Source of the DNA: an uncultured beta proteobacterium
Lineage (GTDB): Bacteria; Pseudomonadota; Gammaproteobacteria; Burkholderiales; SG8-39
DNA length: 64,000 nt
NCBI GenBank assembly: GCA_903859155.1
Contig: CAIOLO010000080.1
Span: forward strand, 64,210-128,209
Direction of reading: 5' to 3'
In this document: positions 20,268-30,149 of the stretch, in pieces
Numbering within the stretch: the first letter of the stretch is position 1
How the letters are laid out: every line of letters begins with the position of its first letter
The notes under the pieces: model-generated
The model's database searches: none
Told to the model about the DNA's origin: nothing
Seen by the model: the letters and a program-made list of their open reading frames with translations, nothing else
Made by a program: the position numbers and the translations under genes

Positions 20268-20867
20268 TTGCGTTTTTTGGATGCTTTCATGACGCAAGGC
20301 GTTTGCGGAATCCTGCTGGCGTCGGGTTCGGGCTCACGCTTCGGCTCGAACAAGTTGCTGCATCCGCTCGCGCCGGATGGCATTCCCATTGCCGTGCACG
20401 CGGCGCGCCATCTGATCGAGGCGATTCCGGGTTCCATCGCCGTAGTGCGCTCGGCCAATTCGCACCTTGCCCGGTTGCTGCGCGCCGAGGGGCTGCGGAT
20501 CGCCGTTTGCCGCGACGCTGTCAATGGCATGGGCCACACGCTGGCGGCCGGGGTGCGCGCCAGCGCCGGTGCTGGCGGCTGGGTGGTGGCGCTGGCTGAT
20601 ATGCCCGGCATCCTGCCGCAGACCATCGGGCGTGTCGCCGATGCATTGCGGGGTGGTGCGACGCTGGTGGCGCCGCGTTACCAGGGGCAGCGCGGCCATC
20701 CGGTTGGTCTGGCGCGCCGCTTCAAAGGCGATCTGCTGTTGCTGCAAGGCGATGCCGGTGCGCGCGCCATCGTCGCGGCCAACCAGGATGGCATCTCGCT
20801 GATCGATGTCAATGATCCCGGCGTGACCAAAGATATCGATACACCGGGCGATCTCCCCGGACAATGA
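20268..20867 (+). CDS. MobA-like nucleotidyltransferase (MocA-type molybdenum cofactor cytidylyltransferase)
   Basis: 199 aa. GILLASGSGSRFGSNKLL N-terminal NTP-binding motif and LADMP motif. Follows xdhC. Confidence 0.8.
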   Translation: MRFLDAFMTQGVCGILLASGSGSRFGSNKLLHPLAPDGIPIAVHAARHLIEAIPGSIAVVRSANSHLARLLRAEGLRIAVCRDAVNGMGHTLAAGVRASAGAGGWVVALADMPGILPQTIGRVADALRGGATLVAPRYQGQRGHPVGLARRFKGDLLLLQGDAGARAIVAANQDGISLIDVNDPGVTKDIDTPGDLPGQ

Positions 20868-20927
20868 AGGAAATGCCACTTATGGCGGTTATTATCCGGG
20901 GCTTGCAGGTCTTATCCTCTTTCGATC

Positions 20928-22802
20928 ATGAATAACAACAAGAATCCTGTCTCTGTCGATGGCAAGGTGGTGCGCTACCGGATTGCCCCGGCGCGACCCG
21001 AGGCGCATTTATACGCGGTCAGTTGCTCGGTCGAGGATCCGGATTCCGCAGGGCAGCAATTTGCCCTGCCAGCATGGATACCGGGCAGCTACATGATCCG
21101 GGAATTCGCCCGTCACATCGTTTCCATCAGGGCCGAGTCCCGCGGCCGCGCGGTCGGTCTTGAGAAACTCGACAAGCACACCTGGCAGGCTGCGCCGGTG
21201 GCCGCAGCGCTGGTGCTGCACTACGAGGTCTATGCGTGGGACCTTTCGGTACGCGGCGCGCACCTGGATACGACGCATGGGTTTTTCAACGGTACCAGTG
21301 TGTTTGTGCGCGTGCTCGGGCACGAACAGGAAACCTGCATCGTGGAGATCGCGCCACCCGCCGGCACTCGTTATCGCGCCTGGCGCGTGGCGACCAGTCT
21401 GCCGCGCATGGGCGCCCCGCTGGCGGGCTTCGGTGTGCATGTGGCGCGCAACTACGATGAGTTGATCGACCACCCGGTCGAAATGGGTACGTTTGCAAGC
21501 CTGCGTTTTCGCGCCTGCGGGGTGCCGCATGAAATGGCGATCACCGGCGTGCAGCAGGCCGACACTGCGCGCCTGGCGCGCGACCTGAAAAAGATCTGCG
21601 AAACGCAGATCCGTTTCTGGCATGGAAACGCCGCGGCGTCCGGAGCGCGCGGCGTGGCGCCGATGGAGCGTTACCAGTTTCTCACCACGGCACTGGGCGA
21701 GGGCTATGGCGGTCTGGAGCATCGCGCCTCAACCGCGCTGATGTGCTCGCGCGGCGACCTGCCGCAGCGCGGCGTCAAGGAGGTTGCCGAGAGTTACCGC
21801 GGCTTCCTGGGTTTGTGCAGCCACGAGTATTTCCATACCTGGAACGTCAAGCGGCTGAAGCCTGCACCATTCGCTCCCTATGACCTGGATCGCGAAAACT
21901 ACACCACGCTGCTGTGGATGTTCGAGGGCTTTACCTCCTATTACGACGATCTGATGTTGCTGCGCTCGGGCCTGATCGGCCGCGACAGTTATCTCGAATT
22001 ACTGGCGCGAACCATCACCAACCACCTGCGCACCGGAGGGCGGGAGCGCCAGACGGTGGCCGAATCGTCCTTCGATGCCTGGATCAAATACTACCGACAG
22101 GACGAGAACTCGCCCAATGCCGTGGTCAGCTATTACGTCAAGGGGAGCCTGGTGGCGCTGTGTCTTGACTTGCATATCCGCGCCCGTACCGGCGGGCGCA
22201 GGTCCCTCGACGATGTGATGCGCCTGCTTTGGCGTCGCCGCGGCGTGGACGGCAGCGGTATCGGTGACGACGAGGTGGAAGCCCTCGCGGAGGAGGCCAG
22301 TGGCCTGCGTCTGCACGCATTTTTCGATCAGGCGGTGCGCTCCACCGCGGAGCTGCCGCTGGCGCGCCTGCTGGCAACCCACGGTGTGCGCCTGCGCCGC
22401 CGCCCCGCAAAATCCGCCACCGACAAGGGGGGCGTTGAAAAGGGTGAAGAACGTCCGACAAAAACGCGGGCCGCTTCATTGGGGGTGCGCAGCCGCACTG
22501 AGGGCAAGGAGATCATCCTGACCCACGTGCTCGAGGGCGGCGCGGCGCAAGGGGCGGGCCTGGCTGCCGGCGATGCCATTGTGTCGGTCGATGGATTGCG
22601 GCCGCGACCGGGCGGACTGGAGGCGCTGCTTGCCGCGCGGCGTCCCGGCGGGATGATGCAGGTGCATGCCTTCCGGCGCGATGAACTGCGCGAGTTTCGC
22701 GTGCGCCTGCAGGCCGCGCCTGCCGATACCTGCGATTTGAGCGTGGTCGAAGCGCGGGGCGGGGCATTGCGCAGGCGTTGGCTGGGGTCGGGCGATGAGT
22801 GA
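20928..22802 (+). CDS. M61 glycyl aminopeptidase-family metalloprotease with a C-terminal PDZ domain
   Basis: 624 aa. HEYFH zinc motif (CSHEYFHTWNVKR). C-terminal PDZ-like segment (GGAAQGAGLAAGDAIVSVDG). Confidence 0.85.
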   Translation: MNNNKNPVSVDGKVVRYRIAPARPEAHLYAVSCSVEDPDSAGQQFALPAWIPGSYMIREFARHIVSIRAESRGRAVGLEKLDKHTWQAAPVAAALVLHYEVYAWDLSVRGAHLDTTHGFFNGTSVFVRVLGHEQETCIVEIAPPAGTRYRAWRVATSLPRMGAPLAGFGVHVARNYDELIDHPVEMGTFASLRFRACGVPHEMAITGVQQADTARLARDLKKICETQIRFWHGNAAASGARGVAPMERYQFLTTALGEGYGGLEHRASTALMCSRGDLPQRGVKEVAESYRGFLGLCSHEYFHTWNVKRLKPAPFAPYDLDRENYTTLLWMFEGFTSYYDDLMLLRSGLIGRDSYLELLARTITNHLRTGGRERQTVAESSFDAWIKYYRQDENSPNAVVSYYVKGSLVALCLDLHIRARTGGRRSLDDVMRLLWRRRGVDGSGIGDDEVEALAEEASGLRLHAFFDQAVRSTAELPLARLLATHGVRLRRRPAKSATDKGGVEKGEERPTKTRAASLGVRSRTEGKEIILTHVLEGGAAQGAGLAAGDAIVSVDGLRPRPGGLEALLAARRPGGMMQVHAFRRDELREFRVRLQAAPADTCDLSVVEARGGALRRRWLGSGDE

Positions 22803-23436
22803 GGCGACGCGAATCATCCTGGTGCGCCATGGCGAGACCCACTGGAATCGCGAAGCGCGCATCCAGGGTTATCACGCCAACAGCCCGCTCACCGACACCG
22901 GCGTCGCCCAGGCGCGCGCGGTTGCCGCACGCCTGGCCGAGGAGGGTATTGACGCGTTGTATGCGAGCGATGCGGGCCGCACCCTGCAGACGGTCGAGCC
23001 GATCGCCGCGGCCACCGGCCTGCCGGCTACCCACGAGGCCGGCGTGCGCGAGCGCAATTACGGCATATTCGAGGGCCGCACATTTGCCGAAGTCGAAGAG
23101 GTCTTTCCCGAGGAATTCCAGAAATACCGGATGCGCGACCCGCATTACGCCATCGACGGCGGCGAGAGCGCGGTGCAATTTCGCGACCGCATTGTGGCGG
23201 CGCTTGCGGAAATCGCGCGCCGGCATGCGGGCAAGCGCTCGGTGGTGGTGACCCACGGCGGCGTGATCGGGGCGTTATACCGCGTGTCGCTGGATATGCC
23301 GATGGACGCGCCGCGCGTCTATGCCACGCGCAATGCCAGCCTCAACCGCTTCCGCTTCGATGCCGGACGCTGGGTGCTCGAAGTCTGGGGTGATGTCGCG
23401 CACCTGGACGGGGAGGACAGTCTCGATGACGCTTGA
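22795..23436 (+). CDS. histidine phosphatase family protein (phosphoglycerate mutase-like)
   Basis: 213 aa. RHGETHWN catalytic motif and a C-terminal VVTHGG motif. 8-nt overlap with the upstream gene. Confidence 0.85.
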   Translation: MSEATRIILVRHGETHWNREARIQGYHANSPLTDTGVAQARAVAARLAEEGIDALYASDAGRTLQTVEPIAAATGLPATHEAGVRERNYGIFEGRTFAEVEEVFPEEFQKYRMRDPHYAIDGGESAVQFRDRIVAALAEIARRHAGKRSVVVTHGGVIGALYRVSLDMPMDAPRVYATRNASLNRFRFDAGRWVLEVWGDVAHLDGEDSLDDA

Positions 23437-23469
23437 ACCGCGCAGGCGCACCTGCTTTGCGCTGCGGTC

Positions 23470-24441
23470 ATGACGGCGGCGCCGCTTGCAGTCGGCTATG
23501 AAGACATCGTGGCGGCGGCCTTGCGCATTGCCGGCCAGGCGCATCGCACGCCGGTGCTCACTTCGGCGTCGGTGAACGAGCGCACCGGGGCGCTGGTTTT
23601 TCTCAAGTGCGAGAACCTGCAGCGCATGGGCGCGTTCAAGTTTCGCGGCGCCTACAACGCGCTCGCCAGGCTCACGCCCGAGGCGCGCGCGCGCGGTGTG
23701 CTGGCCTATTCCTCGGGCAACCATGCGCAGGCGGTGGCGCTGGCCGGCCGCGAGCTGGGCGTTGCCGCGACCATCGTCATGCCGCAGGATGCACCCGCGG
23801 TGAAACTCGAGGCCACGCGCGCCTATGGCGCGCAGGTGGTGCTCTACGATCCGAAAACCACCAACCGCGAACGCTTGGCCAGCGAGATTGCCGCCAGCCG
23901 CGGCCTTACTTTGATTCCGCCCTACGATCACCCGGACGTCATTGCCGGGCAGGGCACCGCCGCAAAGGAACTGATCGAGGACATCGGGCCGTTGGATTAT
24001 CTGTTCGTGCCCTGTGGCGGAGGCGGGCTGATATCGGGCAGCGCCCTTGCCGCCGCCGCGCTTTCGCCGGGTTGCCGGGTGATTGGCGTGGAACCCGAGG
24101 CGGGCGACGATGCCACGCGCAGCTTCAGGACCGGCACGCTGCAAAGCTGCAGCAATCCGGACACCATCGCCGATGGCGCGCGCACCGCCTCGCTGGGGAG
24201 GCTGACCTTTCCGATGGTGCTGGCGCTGGTGAGCGACATGACCACCGTCGGCGACGCGGCCCTGCTGCGCACCATGCGCTACCTCATGGAGCGCATGAAG
24301 ATCGTGGTGGAACCCACCGGCGCGCTGGGTGCGGCGGGGATGTTCGAGAGTGGCTATGAACTCGCCGGCAAGCGCGTCGGGGTGATTATCTCCGGCGGCA
24401 ATCTGGACCTGAACCTGACAGGGCGAATGCCAAACCTATGA
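23470..24441 (+). CDS. PLP-dependent serine/threonine dehydratase family protein (serine racemase / hydroxyaspartate ammonia-lyase-like)
   Basis: 323 aa. PLP-lysine motif ENLQRMGAFKFRGAYN, SSGNHAQ and GGGGLISG motifs. Confidence 0.85.
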   Translation: MTAAPLAVGYEDIVAAALRIAGQAHRTPVLTSASVNERTGALVFLKCENLQRMGAFKFRGAYNALARLTPEARARGVLAYSSGNHAQAVALAGRELGVAATIVMPQDAPAVKLEATRAYGAQVVLYDPKTTNRERLASEIAASRGLTLIPPYDHPDVIAGQGTAAKELIEDIGPLDYLFVPCGGGGLISGSALAAAALSPGCRVIGVEPEAGDDATRSFRTGTLQSCSNPDTIADGARTASLGRLTFPMVLALVSDMTTVGDAALLRTMRYLMERMKIVVEPTGALGAAGMFESGYELAGKRVGVIISGGNLDLNLTGRMPNL

Positions 24442-24651
24442 ATAGCCTATTAGTGATATATAAATAGGCGGATAAGCAAAGTATATATTTATTTTTGTAA
24501 AATAAAGTGCAACTTTATTAAGTGTGTCTGACTAGGCCTGACGCGCCCGCAGGCGGGTGACCACTATCGCATATTGTGTCCGTGGCGTTTGCGATAGCAT
24601 GGGCTCTGCACCGGAATCACTGGCGTGTCCGCGCCGCACAGGAGGTTGGCA

Positions 24652-25617
24652 ATGAACCGAGCTCTGTATCAAATGGCTGTCGTGGCGATCGTTGCCGTGT
24701 CGGCAACCACTGCATTCGCCCAATACCCGACAAAGCCTATCCGGATCATTTCGCCGGCTCCTCCCGGCGGCGGTACTGAACTGGCCGCGCGCCTGGTTCA
24801 GGCCGGGATGCAGGAAAGTCTTAGGCAGCCCGTGATCATCGAGGCGCGCGGCGGGGCGGGCGGTTATATCGGCTCGGACTTCGTCGCCAAGTCGCCGCCG
24901 GATGGCTATACGCTGTTGCTGGGCGGCGCCTTTACCACCATCACCGCCACCCTGCAGAAGAACCCGGCCTATAACCCGAGGAAGGATCTGCTCCCCATCG
25001 CGATCATTTCCAGCGTTCCGAACATCCTGATTGTGGGCCCGAATCTGAAGGCGAACTCGGTCGCGGAGTTGGTGGCGTATGCCAAGACGAATCCCGGCAA
25101 GCTGAACATCGGTTCCAACGGGGTGGGAACGACGCTGCACCTTTCCGGAGAACTGTTCAAGCTGCGCACCGGAACGGATATGCTGCATATCGCCTACAAG
25201 GGCTGGGCCGACTGCGTAACCGGCCTCCTGGGAGGCCAAGTCGATTTGATGTTCGACAACCTATCCACTGCATTGCCGAATGTGACCGCCCGCAAGACCC
25301 GTGCGCTGGCCGTCGCTGCATTTGCGCGCCATCGCTCGCAGCCGGAAGTTCCCACTCTGGGCGAGCTGGGTATCAAAGACGCGGAAGTGATTTCCTGGTT
25401 CGGCATCATGGCTCCGGCCGGAACGCCACAGGCGGTGCTCGAAGCGCTGGGACGCGCCGTGAAAAATGCGGCAGACCACCCCGACTTCCCGCTCCAGGTT
25501 GCGAAGACCGGGATGGACGCGAACTACCAGGGCACGGCCGAAGCCGTCAAATTCTGGACCGCGGAAGTCGACAAGTGGGAAAGCGTGATCAAAGCCGCCG
25601 GCATCATCGGTCAATAG
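24652..25617 (+). CDS. Bug-family (TctC-like) tripartite tricarboxylate transporter substrate-binding protein, orphan
   Basis: Trimmed to the ATG at 24652 (GGAGG at 24641-24645). Signal peptide followed by the FAQYPTKPIRIISPAPPGGG motif typical of Bug proteins. No TctA/TctB gene adjacent. Confidence 0.9.
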   Translation: MNRALYQMAVVAIVAVSATTAFAQYPTKPIRIISPAPPGGGTELAARLVQAGMQESLRQPVIIEARGGAGGYIGSDFVAKSPPDGYTLLLGGAFTTITATLQKNPAYNPRKDLLPIAIISSVPNILIVGPNLKANSVAELVAYAKTNPGKLNIGSNGVGTTLHLSGELFKLRTGTDMLHIAYKGWADCVTGLLGGQVDLMFDNLSTALPNVTARKTRALAVAAFARHRSQPEVPTLGELGIKDAEVISWFGIMAPAGTPQAVLEALGRAVKNAADHPDFPLQVAKTGMDANYQGTAEAVKFWTAEVDKWESVIKAAGIIGQ

Positions 25618-25635
25618 CGGCATCAACAGGAGTTC

Positions 25636-25962
25636 ATGAACAAGGAACTCCTGGACAAGGAGCTCCTTCTGGTGGGCGGCATTCCTCTGGATACCCTCGA
25701 GGAGGTAATGCGCGCTTTCGGGGGGGGCGCCGCACCGACTGGATCCGCGTCCCTGTCCTGAATCGCGCCGGCAGCGATTTCTATGCACCGCTGGCGCGAC
25801 TCGAGCCGCGCGGCGCGCGCGTTCCTTCCTGATTTCGGCCTGGCCGCCTATTGCGGCTTCGGACGCACTCCCGCGGAGCAGTTGCCGCAGATCCTGGAGG
25901 ACCATCTCAAGGCCGTTGCGATCGCAGGCTGGCGCAGCAGGCACTGGCACGCGATCGCTTGA
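25636..25962 (+). pseudogene. possible degraded gene remnant (short frame-broken fragments)
   Basis: AGGAG + ATG opens MNKELLDKELLLVGGIPLDTLEEVMRAFGGG..., which stops after 41 codons right after a G8 run (25700-25707). Two further short frames (DWIRVPVLNRAGSDFYAPLARLE; FGLAAYCGFGRTPAEQLPQILEDHLKAVAIAG) read like middle and C-terminal pieces of one larger protein. The identity of the parent family is not established. Confidence 0.35.
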
Positions 25963-26001
25963 TTGGGCATGGTAAGATTTTGTTTTGCAGAAGAATTTGC
26001 C

Positions 26002-27276
26002 ATGTTCTCGAAAAACGCCGATCTCCGCAGGACCGATCCCGAAGTGTTTGCCGCCGTCCGGGCGGAAAACCGCCGCCAGGAAGATCATATCGAGCTGATC
26101 GCCTCGGAAAATTACGTGAGCAGCGCGGTACTGGAAGCGCAGGGCTCGCAGCTCACCAACAAATATGCCGAGGGTTATCCGGGCAAGCGCTATTACGGCG
26201 GCTGCGAATACGTCGATGTGGCCGAGACACTTGCGATTGAAAGGGTGAAGCAGCTGTTCGGCGCGCAGTGCGCCAATGTGCAGCCTAATTCCGGATCGCA
26301 GGCCAACCAGGCGGTGTATTTTGCATTGCTGAAGCCGGGCGACACGATGCTGGGCATGTCACTCGCGCATGGCGGACACCTGACGCACGGCTCGCCGGTG
26401 AATATGAGCGGCAAGTGGTTCAACGTGGTCAGTTACGGCCTGGACGCGCACGAAGAAATCGACTACCACGCGCTCGAGTCCCTGGCCCGCGAGCATCGGC
26501 CCAAGCTGATACTGGCCGGCGCTTCGGCCTATGCGCTGCGCATCGATTTCGAGCGTTTCGCACGCATTGCGAAAGAGGTCGGCGCCTACTTCATGGTGGA
26601 CATGGCCCACTACGCGGGCCTGATCGCCGCCGGCGAGTACCCCAATCCGGTGGGCATCGCCGACGTGGTGACCAGCACCACGCACAAGACCCTGCGCGGC
26701 CCGCGCGGCGGATTCATCCTGATGAATTCGATACTCGAGAAGCCGATCAATTCGGCGATCTTCCCCGGCATACAGGGCGGGCCGCTGATGCATGTCATCG
26801 CCGCGAAAGCCGTGGCATTCCATGAAGCTGCGCAACCGGCGTTCAAGTTGTATCAGAAGCAGGTGATCGCCAATGCCGCGAAAATGGCGCAGGCGCTGAC
26901 CGAGCGCGGCCTGCGCATCGTGTCGGGCCGCACCGAAAGCCACATGTTCCTGGTCGACCTGCAGGCGAAGAAGATCACCGGCAAGGATGCCGAGACGGCG
27001 CTGGGCCGCGCGCACATCACCGTCAACAAGAACGCCATTCCCAACGATCCGCAGAAGCCCTTCGTCACCAGCGGCGTGCGCATCGGTTCGCCCGCGATGA
27101 CCACGCGCGGCTTCGGTCTCGCCGAGGCGGAAAAAGTCGCCAACCTCATCGCGGATGTTCTGGATGCCCCCGCCGACGAGGAAAACCTCTCGCGTGTGAA
27201 GAAAGACGTCGAAGCGCTCTGCCTCCGCTTCCCTGTTTACGAGGCCGCGGATGAAACTGTAAGGGCGAGTGCTTGA
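26002..27276 (+). CDS. glyA: serine hydroxymethyltransferase
   Basis: Trimmed to the ATG at 26002 ([16 protein letters not shown]...). [20 protein letters not shown] and [12 protein letters not shown] (PLP-Lys) motifs. Confidence 0.95.
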   Translation: MFSKNADLRRTDPEVFAAVRAENRRQEDHIELIASENYVSSAVLEAQGSQLTNKYAEGYPGKRYYGGCEYVDVAETLAIERVKQLFGAQCANVQPNSGSQANQAVYFALLKPGDTMLGMSLAHGGHLTHGSPVNMSGKWFNVVSYGLDAHEEIDYHALESLAREHRPKLILAGASAYALRIDFERFARIAKEVGAYFMVDMAHYAGLIAAGEYPNPVGIADVVTSTTHKTLRGPRGGFILMNSILEKPINSAIFPGIQGGPLMHVIAAKAVAFHEAAQPAFKLYQKQVIANAAKMAQALTERGLRIVSGRTESHMFLVDLQAKKITGKDAETALGRAHITVNKNAIPNDPQKPFVTSGVRIGSPAMTTRGFGLAEAEKVANLIADVLDAPADEENLSRVKKDVEALCLRFPVYEAADETVRASA

Positions 27277-27325
27277 TTTGCAATCTGCTCGGAGGTGCAT
27301 TCGAAGCGCCAGGTGAGAGGCAAGT

Positions 27326-27796
27326 ATGAAATGTCCTTACTGCAAGGCTGACGATACCGCTGTCATTGATTCGCGGCTCTCCGAGGACGGCGACAGCGTG
27401 CGCCGCCGGCGCGAATGCGAGGCCTGCCACAAGCGTTTTACGACTTATGAGCGCGTCGAGCTGCATATGCCGATGGTGGTGAAAACCAACGGCCACCGCG
27501 TTCCCTACGACCGCGAGAAGATCCGCACCGGATTCATGCGCGCCCTGCACAAGCGGCCGGTGCCCGCCGAGTACCTGGAAGCAGCGATCATCCGCACCGA
27601 ACAGCGGGTCATCGGATTGGGCGAGCGGGAAGTGGCAAGCCGGGTCATTGGCGAGTTGGTGATGCGCGAACTGCGCAAGATGGACGACGTGGCCTACATC
27701 CGTTTTGCGTCCGTCTACGAGGATTTTCAGCGCGTGGACGATTTTCACGACGCCATCCTGCAGGTGAGGAAGCCGCAGAAAAAACGCGTCCGCTAA
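27326..27796 (+). CDS. nrdR: transcriptional repressor NrdR
   Basis: 156 aa. [17 protein letters not shown]...CxxC zinc ribbon plus an ATP-cone. Conserved glyA-nrdR-ribD order. Confidence 0.95.
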   Translation: MKCPYCKADDTAVIDSRLSEDGDSVRRRRECEACHKRFTTYERVELHMPMVVKTNGHRVPYDREKIRTGFMRALHKRPVPAEYLEAAIIRTEQRVIGLGEREVASRVIGELVMRELRKMDDVAYIRFASVYEDFQRVDDFHDAILQVRKPQKKRVR

Positions 27797-27922
27797 AGGG
27801 CTTTTCAGACCATCATGGTCTGAATCCCGTTCGCCAAGCCGAAGGGCGAGGATGGCATCCCCGGGGAAAAGTTGGTGTCGCCGCTGGCGCGGTGCCATGC
27901 GCTGCTGCTACTCTTGGCCGCT

Positions 27923-29014
27923 ATGGATTTCTCACGCAACGACCGCGAGTACATGACGCGTGCCCTGGCGCTTGCCGCGCGCGGCCTGTTCACCGCCACG
28001 CCCAATCCGCGCGTCGGCTGCGTCGTTGTTCGTGACGGCGAGGTCGTCGGCGAAGGCTGGCACGAAGCGGCGGGCCTGCCGCACGCCGAGGTCAACGCGC
28101 TGCGTCAGGCCGGTGCGCGCGCCCATGGCGCGACGGCCTACGTCACGCTGGAACCCTGCAATCATCACGGCCGCACCCCGCCCTGCACCGAGGCGCTGAT
28201 TGCCGCGGGCGTGGCGCGCGTGGTCGCTGCGATGCGTGATCCCAATCCGCTGGTGTCGGGGCAGGGATTCGCCCGGCTCGCCGCGGCGGGCATTGCAATC
28301 GACCAGGGCCTGCTCGAGACCGAAGCGCGCGAACTCAATATAGGTTTTGTATCGCGTATGGCGCGCAAGCGCCCGTGGGTGCGCATGAAGATTGCTGCCA
28401 GCCTGGATGGCCGCACCGCGCTGGCCAATGGCCAGAGCCAGTGGATTACCTCGCAGGCGGCGCGCGACGACGGCCATCGCTGGCGGGCTCGGGCCTGCGC
28501 GCTGCTCACCGGCATCGGCACGCTGCGCGAAGACGATCCGCAACTGAATGTGCGCGCGCTGCAAACCCCGCGGCAGCCGCTGAAGGTGCTGATCGACAGC
28601 CGCCTGGAGGCCGCGCCGGAGGCAAAACTGTTCCGGTCCGGCAGGACGCTGGTGTTTGCCGGGGGATCCTATCCGGCGAAATCGGCGGTGCTCGCCGCCC
28701 TCGGCGTGGAGGTGGTGGTGCTGCCCAACGCCGGGGGCAAGGTCGAATTGCCGCAGATGCTGGAAGAATTGGCGCGCCGCGGCGTGAACGAACTGCACGT
28801 CGAGGCCGGTTCGAAGTTGAATGGATCACTGTTGCGCGAAGGCTGCGTCGACGAATTGCTGATCTATCTCGCGCCGATGCTGATCGGAGATGCCGGGCAG
28901 GGCATGTTTCATCTGCCGGAGGTGACCGCGTTGTCGGCGGCATCCCGGCTCGCGATCGTGGAACTCACCACCATCGGCGACGATGTGCGCATCAGGGCGC
29001 GAAGGCAGGATTAG
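27923..29014 (+). CDS. ribD: bifunctional diaminohydroxyphosphoribosylaminopyrimidine deaminase / 5-amino-6-(5-phosphoribosylamino)uracil reductase
   Basis: Trimmed to the ATG at 27923 (MDFSRNDREYMTRALALAARG). Deaminase HAEV...PCNHHGRTPPC zinc motif. Reductase C-terminal half. Confidence 0.9.
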   Translation: MDFSRNDREYMTRALALAARGLFTATPNPRVGCVVVRDGEVVGEGWHEAAGLPHAEVNALRQAGARAHGATAYVTLEPCNHHGRTPPCTEALIAAGVARVVAAMRDPNPLVSGQGFARLAAAGIAIDQGLLETEARELNIGFVSRMARKRPWVRMKIAASLDGRTALANGQSQWITSQAARDDGHRWRARACALLTGIGTLREDDPQLNVRALQTPRQPLKVLIDSRLEAAPEAKLFRSGRTLVFAGGSYPAKSAVLAALGVEVVVLPNAGGKVELPQMLEELARRGVNELHVEAGSKLNGSLLREGCVDELLIYLAPMLIGDAGQGMFHLPEVTALSAASRLAIVELTTIGDDVRIRARRQD

Positions 29015-29184
29015 GCAAGCCGCGACCAAGGGCGTGGCATCGGCGTGAAGCTATCACCCATATTTCCCTGAATGTAAATTCCTGCCTGCAATCTTCCCGC
29101 CGGCAAGCTCCCCACCTTTTCAGGGAAGCTCCTGTAGTTCAGGCTTAGAATCACCACCTGTCCAGTGTTTTTCGGGTAATCACC

Positions 29185-29775
29185 ATGTTTACAGGAATTG
29201 TCGCGGCCATCGGCCGCATCACCAAGATCGACAAACGCGAAGGCGGTGTGCGCCTGGTAGTGTCGGCATCGCGCCTTGGGATGGACGATGTCGCCATCGG
29301 CGATTCGATCGCCGTCAACGGCGTGTGCCTTACGGTAGTGACCAAGAACGCGGCCTCGTTCGGCGCCGATGTTTCGGCCGAAACGCTGGCGTGCACCGCC
29401 GGTCTGGACGCGACTGGCGAGGTTAATCTGGAAAAATCCCTGCGCCTTGCGGACCGCTTGGGCGGGCATCTGGTCTCGGGGCACGTCGATGGCGTGGGTG
29501 AGGTTTTGAAATTCGAACCCGCAGGCGAGAGCATGCTCTTGCGGGTGCGCGCACCGCAGGCCCTTTCACGCTATATCGCGAAAAAAGGTTCCATCGCCAT
29601 CCAGGGGGTGAGCCTGACGGTGAATGACGTGCAGGATGCCGAATTCGAGGTGAATCTGATACCCCACACGGTGTCGGTCACCACGCTGCACAACCTCAAG
29701 CCGGGCAGCAGGGTCAACCTCGAGGTTGACATGATCGCGCGTTATGTGGAACGGATGCTGGGGGTGTCCCAGTAG
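29185..29775 (+). CDS. ribE: riboflavin synthase (alpha chain)
   Basis: 196 aa. MFTGIV start and duplicated lumazine-binding repeats (GDSIAVNGVCLTV / GSIAIQGVSLTV). Confidence 0.9.
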   Translation: MFTGIVAAIGRITKIDKREGGVRLVVSASRLGMDDVAIGDSIAVNGVCLTVVTKNAASFGADVSAETLACTAGLDATGEVNLEKSLRLADRLGGHLVSGHVDGVGEVLKFEPAGESMLLRVRAPQALSRYIAKKGSIAIQGVSLTVNDVQDAEFEVNLIPHTVSVTTLHNLKPGSRVNLEVDMIARYVERMLGVSQ

Positions 29776-29911
29776 ATCTCTGTAATACCGTTTTCTCCTA
29801 TGAAACACCCCTGCTTACTGTCCCGAGAAATCCCAACATAGCCTATTGCAGCCTGACGGTGTTGACGGTATTGGACAAGAGTTTTCCGTCCCGATACCGT
29901 CAGGAGGCCCT

Positions 29912-30001
29912 ATGCTTACCGATACCAAGACACGCCAATGCAAGGCCGAGGGCAAGCCTTTTGTGCTGTCCGACAGTGGCGGGCTTTGGGGTAACAATTG
30001 A
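29912..30001 (+). pseudogene. N-terminal fragment of a P4-type tyrosine integrase (truncated after 29 codons)
   Basis: AGGAGG + ATG opens MLTDTKTRQCKAEGKPFVLSDSGGLWGNN*. This matches the conserved integrase N-terminus (MLTDTKxRxAKxxxKPYKLSDGGGLYL) and then terminates. No catalytic domain follows. Confidence 0.55.
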
Positions 30002-30149
30002 GCGTGGGAGAACCGTAGCGTCCGCATCGACTGGCATCCTGTTTTGTCCGATACATTTCCCCGGTGCGATAAAAAACGTCACCGTAAGGTATCGCAACAC
30101 CAATAGAAACATTCCAGTTTTCATGTTCACCTCCATCCCGCAGCGAGCG

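Noticed and set aside
25618-26001. Checked the glyA upstream region for a ZTP/pfl or other leader riboswitch.
   Set aside because: No CCGCCTGGGC-type pseudoknot motif is present. The region is better explained as gene remnants.
29015-29184. Checked the ribD-ribE spacer for an FMN riboswitch.
   Set aside because: The conserved FMN-element blocks (for example GGGTGAAATTCCC and CCGACGGT) are not present.
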